A stretch of DNA of 64,000 bases, from contig CAVYTA010000002.1 in NCBI GenBank assembly GCA_963771355.1, positions 66,481-130,480 on the forward strand. Reading direction: 5' to 3'. A program made the position numbers and the translations under genes. Below, in pieces: positions 39,977 to 48,953 of this stretch. The notes under the pieces were generated by a model. That model was not told the origin of the DNA. It saw only the letters and a program-made list of their open reading frames with translations, and made no database searches. The number at the start of each line of letters is the position of its first letter. Within the stretch, counting starts at the first letter, position 1. The stretch is from an uncultured Candidatus Rokubacteria bacterium (lineage in GTDB: Bacteria > Methylomirabilota > Methylomirabilia > Rokubacteriales > CSP1-6).

Positions 39977-41041
39977 TCACTTCCGGAAGTGCGGCATCAC
40001 TTCCGTCGCGAAGAGCTCCATGGAGCGGCGGATCTTGTCCTGGGGGAGCCCGCCGAAGTTCATCCAGCAGAGCACGTGGCCCACGCCCATCTTCTGCATG
40101 GTCTCGATGTGGCGCGTCACGGTCTCCGGCGAGCCGAAGGCCACCGTCTCCGCCACCAGCCCTTCCCACGTCACCTTCTTGAAGCGCTCGGCCGCCGCGC
40201 GAAAGCCCGGCTGAAGGCTCGGGTGCGTGTCCTCGATGCGCTCGGGCACCTGGAAGCGGCGCAGCGAGTCCTGGTACCACATCTCGTGCTCCTTGGCCTC
40301 GGCCAGCGCCTGCGCGTCGGTGGCCGCCACGTAGATCTGGCGCGATACTCCCCAGTCCCGCATGAGCGCGGCGATCTCGGCCTCGCCGCGGCCGTGCTTC
40401 CGTAGCGCCGTCAGGTAGCTGTCGCGCCGCTTGACGAGCTGGTCCACGGGGCCGGTGAGGATGGAGTTCAGCATGGGCCAGCCGCGCGCGGCCGAGCTCT
40501 CGATGCCGTCGTCGCTGCCGCACACCTGATAGATGGGCGGGTGCGGCTTCTGCCAGGGCTTGGGGATCACGCGGGCCGGGCCCAGGTTGAAGAAGCGGCC
40601 GGCGTGGGTGAAGGATTCCTCGGTCCAGGCCTTGAGGAGGATGTCGCAGGCCTCGTCGAAGCGCTCCCGGTTCTCCTGCTGCGGGACCTGATAGCCGGCG
40701 AACTCCGCCGGGCGATTGCCGCGCCCCACCCCGACGTCGAGCCGGCCCTTGGAGATGATGTCGATGAGGGCGAGCTGCTCGGCCAACCGGAGCGGATGGT
40801 GAAAGGGCAGGATGGCGGCCGCCAGCCCGATGCGCACCCGGCGGGTGCGGGCGGCGGCGGTGGCAGCCAGGCTCGCCGGATCCACCGCGAGGCCATAGTC
40901 GATGAAGTGGTGCTCGGTGAGCCAGATCTGGTCATAGCCCAGCGCCTCCGTCCACTCCATCTGCTCGAGCTCGCGGTGCACGACCTCCGCGTGGGTGAGG
41001 CCGGGCGCGGCCTGGAAGAAGTAGAAGGTGCCGAAGCGCAT
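39977..41041 (-). CDS. LLM class flavin-dependent oxidoreductase
   Basis: IWLTEHHF, SKGRLDVGVGRG, SMELFATEVMP. Confidence 0.92.
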   Translation of the reverse strand: MRFGTFYFFQAAPGLTHAEVVHRELEQMEWTEALGYDQIWLTEHHFIDYGLAVDPASLAATAAARTRRVRIGLAAAILPFHHPLRLAEQLALIDIISKGRLDVGVGRGNRPAEFAGYQVPQQENRERFDEACDILLKAWTEESFTHAGRFFNLGPARVIPKPWQKPHPPIYQVCGSDDGIESSAARGWPMLNSILTGPVDQLVKRRDSYLTALRKHGRGEAEIAALMRDWGVSRQIYVAATDAQALAEAKEHEMWYQDSLRRFQVPERIEDTHPSLQPGFRAAAERFKKVTWEGLVAETVAFGSPETVTRHIETMQKMGVGHVLCWMNFGGLPQDKIRRSMELFATEVMPHFRK

Positions 41042-41107
41042 CGCGGGATTATCACACGCGCCGTCGGCCTTGTCGCGCCTCCGGCGACGCGCTATCCTCG
41101 ACCTCCC

Positions 41108-41602
41108 ATGGCCTCGGACGCGACCGGCTTCGATCCCCTCACGCACCGCTTCGGCGAGCCGCGCTACTTCGAGGAGATGAAGGTGGGCGAGACCTTCTAT
41201 CTCCCCTCGCGCACGCTCTCCGACGCCAACTTCGCCGCCTTCCAGACCGTGTCGGGCGACAATCACCCGATCCACTACGACCTCGAGTACTGCCGGCGCC
41301 AGGGGCATCCCGGCCTCCTCGCCCACGGCTTCCAGGTGCTGGCCCAGACCGCGGCGGGCGCCGGCATCTTCCCGCACGTGGTGGGCGAGTCCCTCATCGG
41401 CTTCATCGAGCAGTCCTCGCGCTTCCTCAAGCCGGTGTACGCGGGCGACACCGTCTATCCCCTCCTCACCGTCACCGCGCTCACCCCGGGCCGCACCACC
41501 GGCGTGATCACGTTGCGCTCCACCGTCCACAATCAGCGGCGCGAGCTCTGCATGGAGGGCGAGCAGAAGTACCTCGTCCGGAAGCGCCACCCGGGCGCCT
41601 GA
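41108..41602 (+). CDS. MaoC family dehydratase
   Basis: SGDNHPIH, LAHG, KPVYAGDT. Confidence 0.9.
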   Translation: MASDATGFDPLTHRFGEPRYFEEMKVGETFYLPSRTLSDANFAAFQTVSGDNHPIHYDLEYCRRQGHPGLLAHGFQVLAQTAAGAGIFPHVVGESLIGFIEQSSRFLKPVYAGDTVYPLLTVTALTPGRTTGVITLRSTVHNQRRELCMEGEQKYLVRKRHPGA

Positions 41603-41606
41603 GCCC

Positions 41607-42101
41607 ATGGACGCCTACCGGGCGGTGGTGGACAAGCGCGACCAGCGCGCGTTCCTTCCCCGCCCCCTCCCCGAGGACTCGCTGCGCCGCATCCTCCAGG
41701 CCGCGCGGATGACCGGGAGCAGCAAGAACGTCGAGCCCAATCGCCTGGTCGTCGTGCGCGACGCCGAGCGGCTGGGGAAGGTGGCCGCGCTGAGCCCCTT
41801 TGCCAAGTTCCTCGGGCGCTCCGCCGCCACCATCGTCATCTGCCAGACCGAGAAGCACGAGTTCGACGCCGGCCGCTGCGCCCAGAACATGATGGTGGCC
41901 GCCTGGGCCGAGGGCATCGGCTCCTGCCCCGCCCATCTCCCGGAGAGCGCGCTCGCGAAGCTCCTGGGCATTCCATCCGAGATTGTCGTGAACCGCGTGA
42001 TCGGCTTCGGCTACGTGGATCCCGCGCGGGCGGCCGCCCCCGCGTCGGTGGCGCGTCCCCGGCGGCCGCTCACCGAGCTGGTGCACTGGGAGACCTGGTG
42101 A
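41607..42101 (+). CDS. Nitroreductase family protein
   Basis: KRDQRAF, GSSKN.EP, QNMM.AAWA.GIGSC. Confidence 0.88.
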   Translation: MDAYRAVVDKRDQRAFLPRPLPEDSLRRILQAARMTGSSKNVEPNRLVVVRDAERLGKVAALSPFAKFLGRSAATIVICQTEKHEFDAGRCAQNMMVAAWAEGIGSCPAHLPESALAKLLGIPSEIVVNRVIGFGYVDPARAAAPASVARPRRPLTELVHWETW

Positions 42102-42940
42102 TGCCGACCGCGAAGCTGGGCGACGTCGAGCTCTACTACGAGATCACCGGCGAGGGTACCCCGCTGGTGTGGAGCCACGAGTTCGGCGGCGACCACCGCT
42201 CGTGGGAGCCGCAGGTGCGCTACTTCTCGCGGCGCTACCAGGTGGTGACCTACAACCACCGCGGCTACCCGCCCTCGAGCGTCCCCAAGGGCGCCGCCGG
42301 CTATTCGCAGGACCACCTGGTGCAAGATCTCCACCGGCTGCTCGAGCACCTGGGGCTCGGGCCCGTGCATCTGGGCGGCTGCTCCATGGGCGCCAACGTG
42401 GCGCGCGACTTCGCGCTGGCGCATCCGGAGAAGCTGCGCAGCCTCATCATGGTGGGCGCCGGCGCGGGCGCGGTCAACCGCGAGCAGTTCCTCGCCGGCC
42501 AGGCGGCCATCGCGGACGGGCTCGAGCGCGAAGGGCAGGCCCACCGCGTGCGCGGCTTCGAGACGCTCGCCACCCGCACGTCCTTCAAGGCCAAGGATCC
42601 GCGCGGCTTCGCCGAGTTCGCGCGCCAGGCCGGCGAGCACGACGCGCAGGCCTGCGCCCACCTCGCCCGCGAGGTGATGTCCAAGCGGAAGACGGTGCCG
42701 GAGGTGGCGGCGGGGCTCCGGGCGCTCCGCGTTCCCACCCTCATCATGGTCGGCGACCTGGACGCGCCGTGCGTGGAGCCCTCCCTCATGATGCGGGGAT
42801 TGATCCCGCACGCGGGCCTGGTGGTCTTCCCCGCCTGCGGCCACACGCCGAACATCGAGGAGCCCGGGCTCTTCAATCTCCACGTCACCGAGTTCCTCGC
42901 CTCCGTGGAGCGCGGGCGCTGGGCGGGCTGGTCGGCCTGA
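42101..42940 (+). CDS. Alpha/beta hydrolase
   Basis: HEFGGD, GCSMG, VGDLD, GHTPN. Confidence 0.9.
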   Translation: MPTAKLGDVELYYEITGEGTPLVWSHEFGGDHRSWEPQVRYFSRRYQVVTYNHRGYPPSSVPKGAAGYSQDHLVQDLHRLLEHLGLGPVHLGGCSMGANVARDFALAHPEKLRSLIMVGAGAGAVNREQFLAGQAAIADGLEREGQAHRVRGFETLATRTSFKAKDPRGFAEFARQAGEHDAQACAHLAREVMSKRKTVPEVAAGLRALRVPTLIMVGDLDAPCVEPSLMMRGLIPHAGLVVFPACGHTPNIEEPGLFNLHVTEFLASVERGRWAGWSA

Positions 42941-43034
42941 GATGACGCCGTCCCCGGCGGGCGTGCGCGTGGGCGCTCCGCGCCGGCCCGCCCGCGGCGC
43001 CCGGCCATCGGAGGCCGTGATAGGGTAAAGGTCC

Positions 43035-44195
43035 ATGCTCAACGCGACCCGCGACAAGATCCTGCCTACCACCGTCACCGGCTCCTATCCGCGCCCCGCC
43101 TGGTTCACCGAGGAGCTGCACGGCCGCTCCTTCAAGGACGCGCTGGGCCACGCCCGCTTTCGCGAGCAGTATCTCGACGCGGTGTCCTGCCTCCTGGCCG
43201 AGCAGCAGCGCGCGGGGCTCGACATCCTCACCGACGGCGACTCGCGCTTCGATCTCACCGTGGGCGGCAAGTCGTGGTTCTACTACCCGATCGAGCGGCT
43301 GCGCGGCATCACCGGGCATGCCGACGCCTCCACCGCGGGCGACTGGAAGGTGCTGCGTCCCGGCCGCATCCTCTACGAGGTGATGGAGGCGTATCAACCC
43401 TCCATCGTGGGAGAAAAGCTCGCCGCCGGCGATCTCGAGTACGCCGCGCTGTACAAGGCCGCGCAGCGCCTTGCCGACCGGCCGGTGAAGTTCGGCGCCA
43501 TCAGCGCCCAGACTCTCGTGAAGATGCTGGTGAACAAGCACTACGCCTCCGAGCGCGAGCTGATCATGGACGTGGCCGACATCTTCAACGTCCAGCTCCG
43601 CGAGGTGGCGGCCGCGGGTTGCGGCGTCATTCAGGTCGAAGAACCGCGCCATCACATCTCGGCGGCGGCGGGCGCGGCCTCGGACAAGGACCTGCAGTTC
43701 TTCACCGACGCGGTGAACCGGGAGATCAAGGGCGTGGAGACCGAGGTGTGGCTGCACACCTGCTGGGGGAATCCCAATCAGCAGCCGCTGCACTGGGAGC
43801 GTCCCTCCTACGAGCGCGCCCTGCCCTATCTGCTCCAGACCGACGCCGACGCCATCGGGCTCGAGTGCGCGAGCACCAATGGCCGCGACCTGCCGCTGCT
43901 GGGGCGCTACCGGACCGACAAGAAAATCGTGATCGGCGTGGTGAGCCATACCGTCACCGCGGTGGAGCCGCCCGAGGTGGTGGCGGGCCTCATCCGCAAG
44001 GCGCTGGAGTACGTGCCGGTGGAGCGGCTCATTCTCTCGACCGACTGCGGCTTCGGCCGCGAGGGCCTCTCGCGCCGCATCGCCTTCTACAAGAGCGTGG
44101 CCATCAATCTGGGCGCCAATATCGTGCGGCGCGAGCTCAAGCTGCCCGAGGTGCCGATCCCGGCCGCCGACGCGCGCTTCACCTTCGCCGGCTAG
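43035..44195 (+). CDS. Cobalamin-independent methionine synthase II family protein (single domain)
   Basis: TGSYPRP, TDGD, HTCWGN, TDCGF Zn ligands. Confidence 0.88.
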   Translation: MLNATRDKILPTTVTGSYPRPAWFTEELHGRSFKDALGHARFREQYLDAVSCLLAEQQRAGLDILTDGDSRFDLTVGGKSWFYYPIERLRGITGHADASTAGDWKVLRPGRILYEVMEAYQPSIVGEKLAAGDLEYAALYKAAQRLADRPVKFGAISAQTLVKMLVNKHYASERELIMDVADIFNVQLREVAAAGCGVIQVEEPRHHISAAAGAASDKDLQFFTDAVNREIKGVETEVWLHTCWGNPNQQPLHWERPSYERALPYLLQTDADAIGLECASTNGRDLPLLGRYRTDKKIVIGVVSHTVTAVEPPEVVAGLIRKALEYVPVERLILSTDCGFGREGLSRRIAFYKSVAINLGANIVRRELKLPEVPIPAADARFTFAG

Positions 44196-44215
44196 GTTCG
44201 CCGGACATTCAGGAT

Positions 44216-44674
44216 ATGACGTCGCGACGCGGATTTCTCCGGAGCGCCCTCACGCTGGCCGGCGTCACCCTCATCGGCGGCCGCGCGATCGCCGCTCCGC
44301 GGCCGCCCGTCACCGTCCACCGATCGCCGACCTGAGGGTGCTGCACCGCGTGGGTCGTGCACCTGCGCAGCCACGGGTTCCCGGTGACGGAGCGCAACGA
44401 GACCGACCTCGCCCCGGTCAAGCGGCGGCTCGGCGTGCCCACCGCGCTGGAGTCCTGCCATACCGCGCTGATCGAGGGCTACGTGCTCGAGGGCCACGTG
44501 GCCGCCGACCTGATCGACCGTCTCCTCCGCGAGCGGCCGAAGATCGTGGGGCTCGCGGTGCCCGGCATGCCCGTCGGCTCGCCCGGCATGGAGTCGCCCG
44601 GCATGAAGCCCGAGCGCTATCAGGTGCTGACGTTCGACGGTAACGGGCGCACCGGCGTCTTCGCCACGCGCTGA
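44216..44674 (+). CDS. DUF411 family Tat-exported metal/redox protein, probable selenoprotein (TGA at 44333-44335 = Sec40)
   Basis: MTSRRGFL Tat signal; HRSPT*GCCTAW matches the family SPxCGCC motif; frame continues with SCHTA, EGHV, GLAVPGMP.GSPGME. Confidence 0.82.
44336..44374 (+). promoter_or_regulatory. Candidate bacterial SECIS hairpin
   Basis: Stem gcgtgggt (44348-55)/acctgcgc (44361-68), loop cgtgc starting 20 nt after UGA with G at loop position 2. Confidence 0.55.
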
Positions 44675-44689
44675 AGCGGCACGCGTCCC

Positions 44690-44759
44690 CTACCGAAGGA
44701 TCTGATCCGCTCGCTCCAGGATCGCCGGCGAAGCGTCAGTCCGATGGCCTTCCCCTTGA
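44690..44759 (-). pseudogene. 3' remnant of an ABC_sub_bind substrate-binding protein gene
   Basis: Reads KAIGLTL-PAILERADQILR* with one indel; resembles the C-terminus of 23650..24672 (ALGLTIPPSLLLRANDVIQ*). Confidence 0.6.
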
Positions 44760-46121
44760 TCACGTCGCGGTCACCGCGGAGGGTTGCCCGGCCCGCGCCC
44801 GCATCAGCCACGAGTACAAGCCAACCAGGAGCACCGCGGCCAGCGCGAGCGCGATCGACTGCATCAGCCACATCCCGGTGATGCCCCAGGGAGGCCCCGC
44901 CGCTCCGCGAAGGGCGAGCTGGTAGCCGCCGAACACTCCCACCCCCCAGAGGGTGACGGCGTAGATCACCGTGGGCGGGACCACGATCTTGTGCGCGCGC
45001 AGCACGAAGCCGGCCACCGTCTGGATGGCGTCGAAGAAGTGGAACGCGGCCAGATACGGCACCAGGGTCAGGGCGATCGCCGCCACCGCGGGGTCGCTGG
45101 TATAGAGCCCCACGATCGCGTGGCGCAGCGTCCAGACCACGAGCACCGTCGTCACCGCGACGGCGGCGCCGATGCGCATCCCGGTGGCCGCGGTCTTCCG
45201 CGCCCGCGCGGGCTCGCCCGCCCCGATCGCCTGGGCGGTGAGCGTCGCGGTGGCGACGGAGAGCGAGAGCGGGAGCATGAAGCAAAGCGCGGCGAGGTTG
45301 GCCACGATCTGATGCCCGCCCATCACGGTGGTTCCCAGCCGCGCCGCCAGCAGGGTGATGACGGTGAAGGACGTCGCCTCGAGCGTGTACGAGAGGCTCA
45401 TGGGGATACCGAGGTGGAGCAGCTCGCGCAGGATGGACCACCGCGGCCAGGCCCAGTGGATGTCGAAGCGCCGGTAGAAGGGGTTGAAGCGCATGTATGC
45501 GAGCCCCGCGAGGAAGAGCGCCCAGAACACGATGGCCGAGGCCAGCGCGCCCCCGAGCGCGCCCAGGCGGGGCAGCCCGAGCTGGCCGAAGATCAGGGCG
45601 TAGCTCAGCAGCACCTTGAGCACGAGGCCCCCGAGCTGCATCGTCATCACGACATGCGGGCGCGACACCGCGGCGTTGAGCGAGTAGATGACGCGGAACA
45701 TGAGCGAGGCGGGCAAGGCCAGGCTCAGGATTCTCAGGTAACGCGCCACCAGCGGCTGGACCTCGGGCGGTGAGTCGAGCCAGGGCAGCCAGACCTCGGG
45801 GAAGACGAGCACGAGGCAGCCCCCCGCCGAGAGCAGGAGCGCCATCCAGAGGCCCTGGCCATAGCTGGCCCCGATGGCGGCGAGACGACCCGCGCCAAAA
45901 TGCTGCCCGATGATGGGATTGAGCGCGCTCACCGCGCCCATGAGGCCGACGAACACCGTGGAGTAGACGCTCAGCCCCAGCCCCAGCGTGGCGAGATCGA
46001 CGGCGGAGGCGTGCCCGGTGAGCACGGTGTCCACCACCGCGAACAGCATCACCGCGACCTGGCCGACGAGGAGAGCCCGCGCCTGGGCAACGATGCCCCG
46101 TGTGATCGACGGCCCGGCCAT
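44760..46121 (-). CDS. MATE family efflux transporter (NorM-like)
   Basis: VDTVLTGH, IFGQLGLPRLG, HQIV, FFDAIQ; about 12 TM helices. Confidence 0.9.
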   Translation of the reverse strand: MAGPSITRGIVAQARALLVGQVAVMLFAVVDTVLTGHASAVDLATLGLGLSVYSTVFVGLMGAVSALNPIIGQHFGAGRLAAIGASYGQGLWMALLLSAGGCLVLVFPEVWLPWLDSPPEVQPLVARYLRILSLALPASLMFRVIYSLNAAVSRPHVVMTMQLGGLVLKVLLSYALIFGQLGLPRLGALGGALASAIVFWALFLAGLAYMRFNPFYRRFDIHWAWPRWSILRELLHLGIPMSLSYTLEATSFTVITLLAARLGTTVMGGHQIVANLAALCFMLPLSLSVATATLTAQAIGAGEPARARKTAATGMRIGAAVAVTTVLVVWTLRHAIVGLYTSDPAVAAIALTLVPYLAAFHFFDAIQTVAGFVLRAHKIVVPPTVIYAVTLWGVGVFGGYQLALRGAAGPPWGITGMWLMQSIALALAAVLLVGLYSWLMRARAGQPSAVTAT

Positions 46122-46129
46122 GGAATTCG

Positions 46130-47131
46130 CTAGGACGCGATGACGCGCAGCGCCTCGCGCACGATCGCCTGCTTGCGCTGGGGATCGGGCTCCGTGGTCG
46201 AGAGCGCGAGGAAAGCGGTCTCGAGCCCCGCGTCGAAGTAGCGAAGCAGTCGCTTCCGGATCTCGGGCAGCGGGCCCCGCGTGAAGAGGTCGTCCAGCAA
46301 CGTCTGCGGGATGGCCGCCAGCGCGGCCTTGCGGTCGCCCGCCTCCCAGGCGCGCCACATGGCGGCGAGCGCCTCGGTGCGCCCGAGCCACTCCTGGAAG
46401 TGACGGTAGACGGGCACGTTGAGGTAACCGGCGACGTGGCGCCGCACCGCCGTCTCCGACTCCGGCGTGATGGGGTCGAGGTTCACGAAGATGCGCGCGG
46501 TGATCTCGATGGATTTGGGATCGCGCCCCGCACGCTCGGCCGCCTCGCGCACCACCTTCACCGACTTCGGCACGTCCTCCGGCGCGAGCCAGTTGAGGAT
46601 GACGCCGTCGGCGACCTCGCCCGCCACCTTCAACATGCCGGGGCGGAGCGCGGCCACATAGATGGGCACCGGCCAGGACGGCGGCTTGGTGAGCCGGAAG
46701 CCGTCCACCTCGAACGTCTTGCCCTTGAAGACCACGCGCTCGCCGGTCAAGGCCTGCCGCACGAAGAGCACCGTCTCGCGCACCCGGGTGGCGGGCTTGT
46801 CGAAGCGGCCGCCGTTCCACTTCTCGATGATGACCTGCGACCCGGAGCCCAGCCCGAGGATGAAGCGGCCGGGCGCGACGTCGGCCACGCCGGCGGCCGA
46901 CTGGGCGAGCGTGGCCGGCCCGCGCGTGTAGACATTGGCGATGGCGGTGCCGAGCCGGAGCCCGGTACTCGCGCCGATGACGGCCAGCGGCGAGAAGCAA
47001 TCGATGCCGTCCGACTCGAAGGACCAGGCATCCGTATAGCCCCAGGCCTCGGCCTCGCGCGCGAGCGCGACATGCTCGGCGAGCGTGAAGCCATCCTGGG
47101 GTACCGACAGCGACCAGCGCGGCTGGGCCAT
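46130..47131 (-). CDS. LLM class (F420-dependent-like) oxidoreductase
   Basis: GYTDAWSFE, PGRFILGLG, PIYVAAL, ADGVILN. Confidence 0.9.
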   Translation of the reverse strand: MAQPRWSLSVPQDGFTLAEHVALAREAEAWGYTDAWSFESDGIDCFSPLAVIGASTGLRLGTAIANVYTRGPATLAQSAAGVADVAPGRFILGLGSGSQVIIEKWNGGRFDKPATRVRETVLFVRQALTGERVVFKGKTFEVDGFRLTKPPSWPVPIYVAALRPGMLKVAGEVADGVILNWLAPEDVPKSVKVVREAAERAGRDPKSIEITARIFVNLDPITPESETAVRRHVAGYLNVPVYRHFQEWLGRTEALAAMWRAWEAGDRKAALAAIPQTLLDDLFTRGPLPEIRKRLLRYFDAGLETAFLALSTTEPDPQRKQAIVREALRVIAS

Positions 47132-47197
47132 GCCTTCCTCCGGCGGGGTTGTGAGGGGGTTGCGATTCGGGTAGAGTCGCCCCACAGTCTAGCGGAT

Positions 47198-47599
47198 ATG
47201 GCCTCCCCCATGATGGGCGACGTGATCGAGCTGACCGTGGTCGTCAAGGACCTCGACGCCGCGGTGGAGCGCTATGGCCGGCTCTACGGCCTGCGCGAGC
47301 ATCATCGCCTCGAATCGAAGGAATTCGGCTTCAAGAGCGCCATCCTCCCGCTGGGGGCGGGGCACATCGAGCTGCTCCAGCCCACCGATCCCGACAAGCC
47401 CGCCGGCCGCTTCCTGGCGAAGAACGGCGAGGGAGTCTACCTGGTCGGCTTCGAGACCAAGGACGTCGCCGGCGCCGCCGAGCACCTCAAGAAACAGGGC
47501 GTCAAGGTGGATCAGAGGGGCGACAAGATCGCCTGGGTGCACCCCCGCGAGAGCCACGGCCTCTTCGTCGAGCTGCGCAAGCGCGAGTCCTACGACTAG
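47198..47599 (+). CDS. VOC family protein (methylmalonyl-CoA epimerase-like)
   Basis: VVVKDLD, IELLQP, FLAKNGEG, VHPRESHGLFVEL. Confidence 0.85.
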   Translation: MASPMMGDVIELTVVVKDLDAAVERYGRLYGLREHHRLESKEFGFKSAILPLGAGHIELLQPTDPDKPAGRFLAKNGEGVYLVGFETKDVAGAAEHLKKQGVKVDQRGDKIAWVHPRESHGLFVELRKRESYD

Positions 47600-47662
47600 T
47601 GCCGGCCCGATCAGCGCTCTGGCTCGCTGCTCGCGCCGGCACGTAGCCGCTCGGAGCGCTGC

Positions 47663-48826
47663 ATGCCTTCCTTTCCCGGGTTCGCCCTTCCCGATGAATT
47701 GCGGATGCTGGGCGAGCAGATCCGCCGCTTCGTGCAGGAGGAGATCATCCCCGCCGAGCAGCGCGTGGATCCGGACGCGGAGGAGCTGGCCGACGACGAC
47801 CACAAACGGCTCTCCGACCTGACGCGGGCCGCCGGCCTCTGGGCGCTGGGCGCCCCCGAGGAGTACGGCGGCGGTGGGCTCGACACCTTCGGCATGTGCG
47901 TGGCGCTGGAGGAGATGTCGCAGCACCGCATGGGCCTCTACGTCCCCGGCTGCGGTGTCTTCGGCCGCTATCCCCCGCCCGCGATCTGGGCCGGCACCAA
48001 GGCCCAGATCCAGAAATACGCGGTGCCCACCATTCGCGAGGGGTGGCAGACCTTCTTTGCCATCACCGAGCCCTCGGGCGGCTCCGACCCCGCCGGCGCC
48101 ATCCAGACGCGCGCCGAGAAGCGCGGCGACAAGTGGGTCCTCAACGGCCGCAAGGTCTTCATCTCGCGCGCCCATGACGCGCCCTGGGGCGTGGTCTTCG
48201 CGCGCACCGACAAGGGCAAGGGCCGCGCCGGCATCTCCTGCTTCATCCTCGAGCACGGCACCCCGGGCTTTCACACCAGCGAGATTCGCGTGATTCGCAC
48301 CGCCGCCCGGCCCAACGACGTGGTATTCGAGGACTGCGAGCTGCCGGGAGACGCCCTCGTCGGCGCCGAGGGCCAGGGGCTCGATCTGGCCTTCGATCTG
48401 CTCGTGAAGAACCGCTTCCCCTATTCCGCCTGCAATCTCGGGGTGGCGGTGGCGGCGCATCGCATGGCCATCGCGCATGCCAAGCAGCGGTCCACCTTCG
48501 GCCAGCCGCTGGCCCAGCGCCAGGCCATCCAGTGGATGCTGGCGGACGCGGAGGTGGAGCTCCGCGCCTGCCGCTGGATCATCTGGTCGGGCGCGTGGAA
48601 GGCCGACCGCGGCGAGGACGCGCGGGTGGAGGCCTCGATGGCCAAGCTCTACTCGAGCGAGGTACTGGGCCGCGTCATCGACGCCGCCGTCCAGATCCAC
48701 GGCGGGTACGGCGTGTCGAAGGAGTTCCCCCTGGAGCGCTGGTATCGCGAAGCCCGCGTCCGCCGCATCGGCGAGGGCCCCTCCGAAGTGCACCGCATGG
48801 TCATCGCCCGGCACCTCCTGCGATGA
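47663..48826 (+). CDS. Acyl-CoA dehydrogenase
   Basis: AITEPSGGSD, LNGRKVFIS, RSTFG, QIHGGYG, RIGEG. Confidence 0.93.
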   Translation: MPSFPGFALPDELRMLGEQIRRFVQEEIIPAEQRVDPDAEELADDDHKRLSDLTRAAGLWALGAPEEYGGGGLDTFGMCVALEEMSQHRMGLYVPGCGVFGRYPPPAIWAGTKAQIQKYAVPTIREGWQTFFAITEPSGGSDPAGAIQTRAEKRGDKWVLNGRKVFISRAHDAPWGVVFARTDKGKGRAGISCFILEHGTPGFHTSEIRVIRTAARPNDVVFEDCELPGDALVGAEGQGLDLAFDLLVKNRFPYSACNLGVAVAAHRMAIAHAKQRSTFGQPLAQRQAIQWMLADAEVELRACRWIIWSGAWKADRGEDARVEASMAKLYSSEVLGRVIDAAVQIHGGYGVSKEFPLERWYREARVRRIGEGPSEVHRMVIARHLLR

Positions 48827-48898
48827 CCAGACCGCCGCGCGCTGACGCGAAACGGGTGGGGGCGGCCTCTTGCGCTGAAATAAAGTGGGTGGGGGGGC

Positions 48899-48930
48899 CT
48901 GGGGGAGGAGCGGCCCTCGCTCCCCCCCAG
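48899..48930. repeat. G/C-rich intergenic hairpin (REP-like)
   Basis: ctggggg(a)ggagcg / cgctcccccccag 13-bp stem, 5-nt loop, preceded by G-runs. Confidence 0.55.
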
Positions 48931-48953
48931 CTCCAAACAATAGAGGGCGTCGC

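Noticed and set aside
42941..43034. Cobalamin or SAM riboswitch upstream of the methionine synthase II gene
   Set aside because: The gap is only ~95 nt, I see no B12-box or S-box core motifs, and a -10-like box sits right before the ATG
44333..44335. Nonsense mutation (pseudogene) reading of the DUF411 TGA
   Set aside because: The stop falls exactly on a conserved Cys of a CxxC, the rest of the gene is intact, and a SECIS-like hairpin follows. Sec is the better explanation, though unproven.
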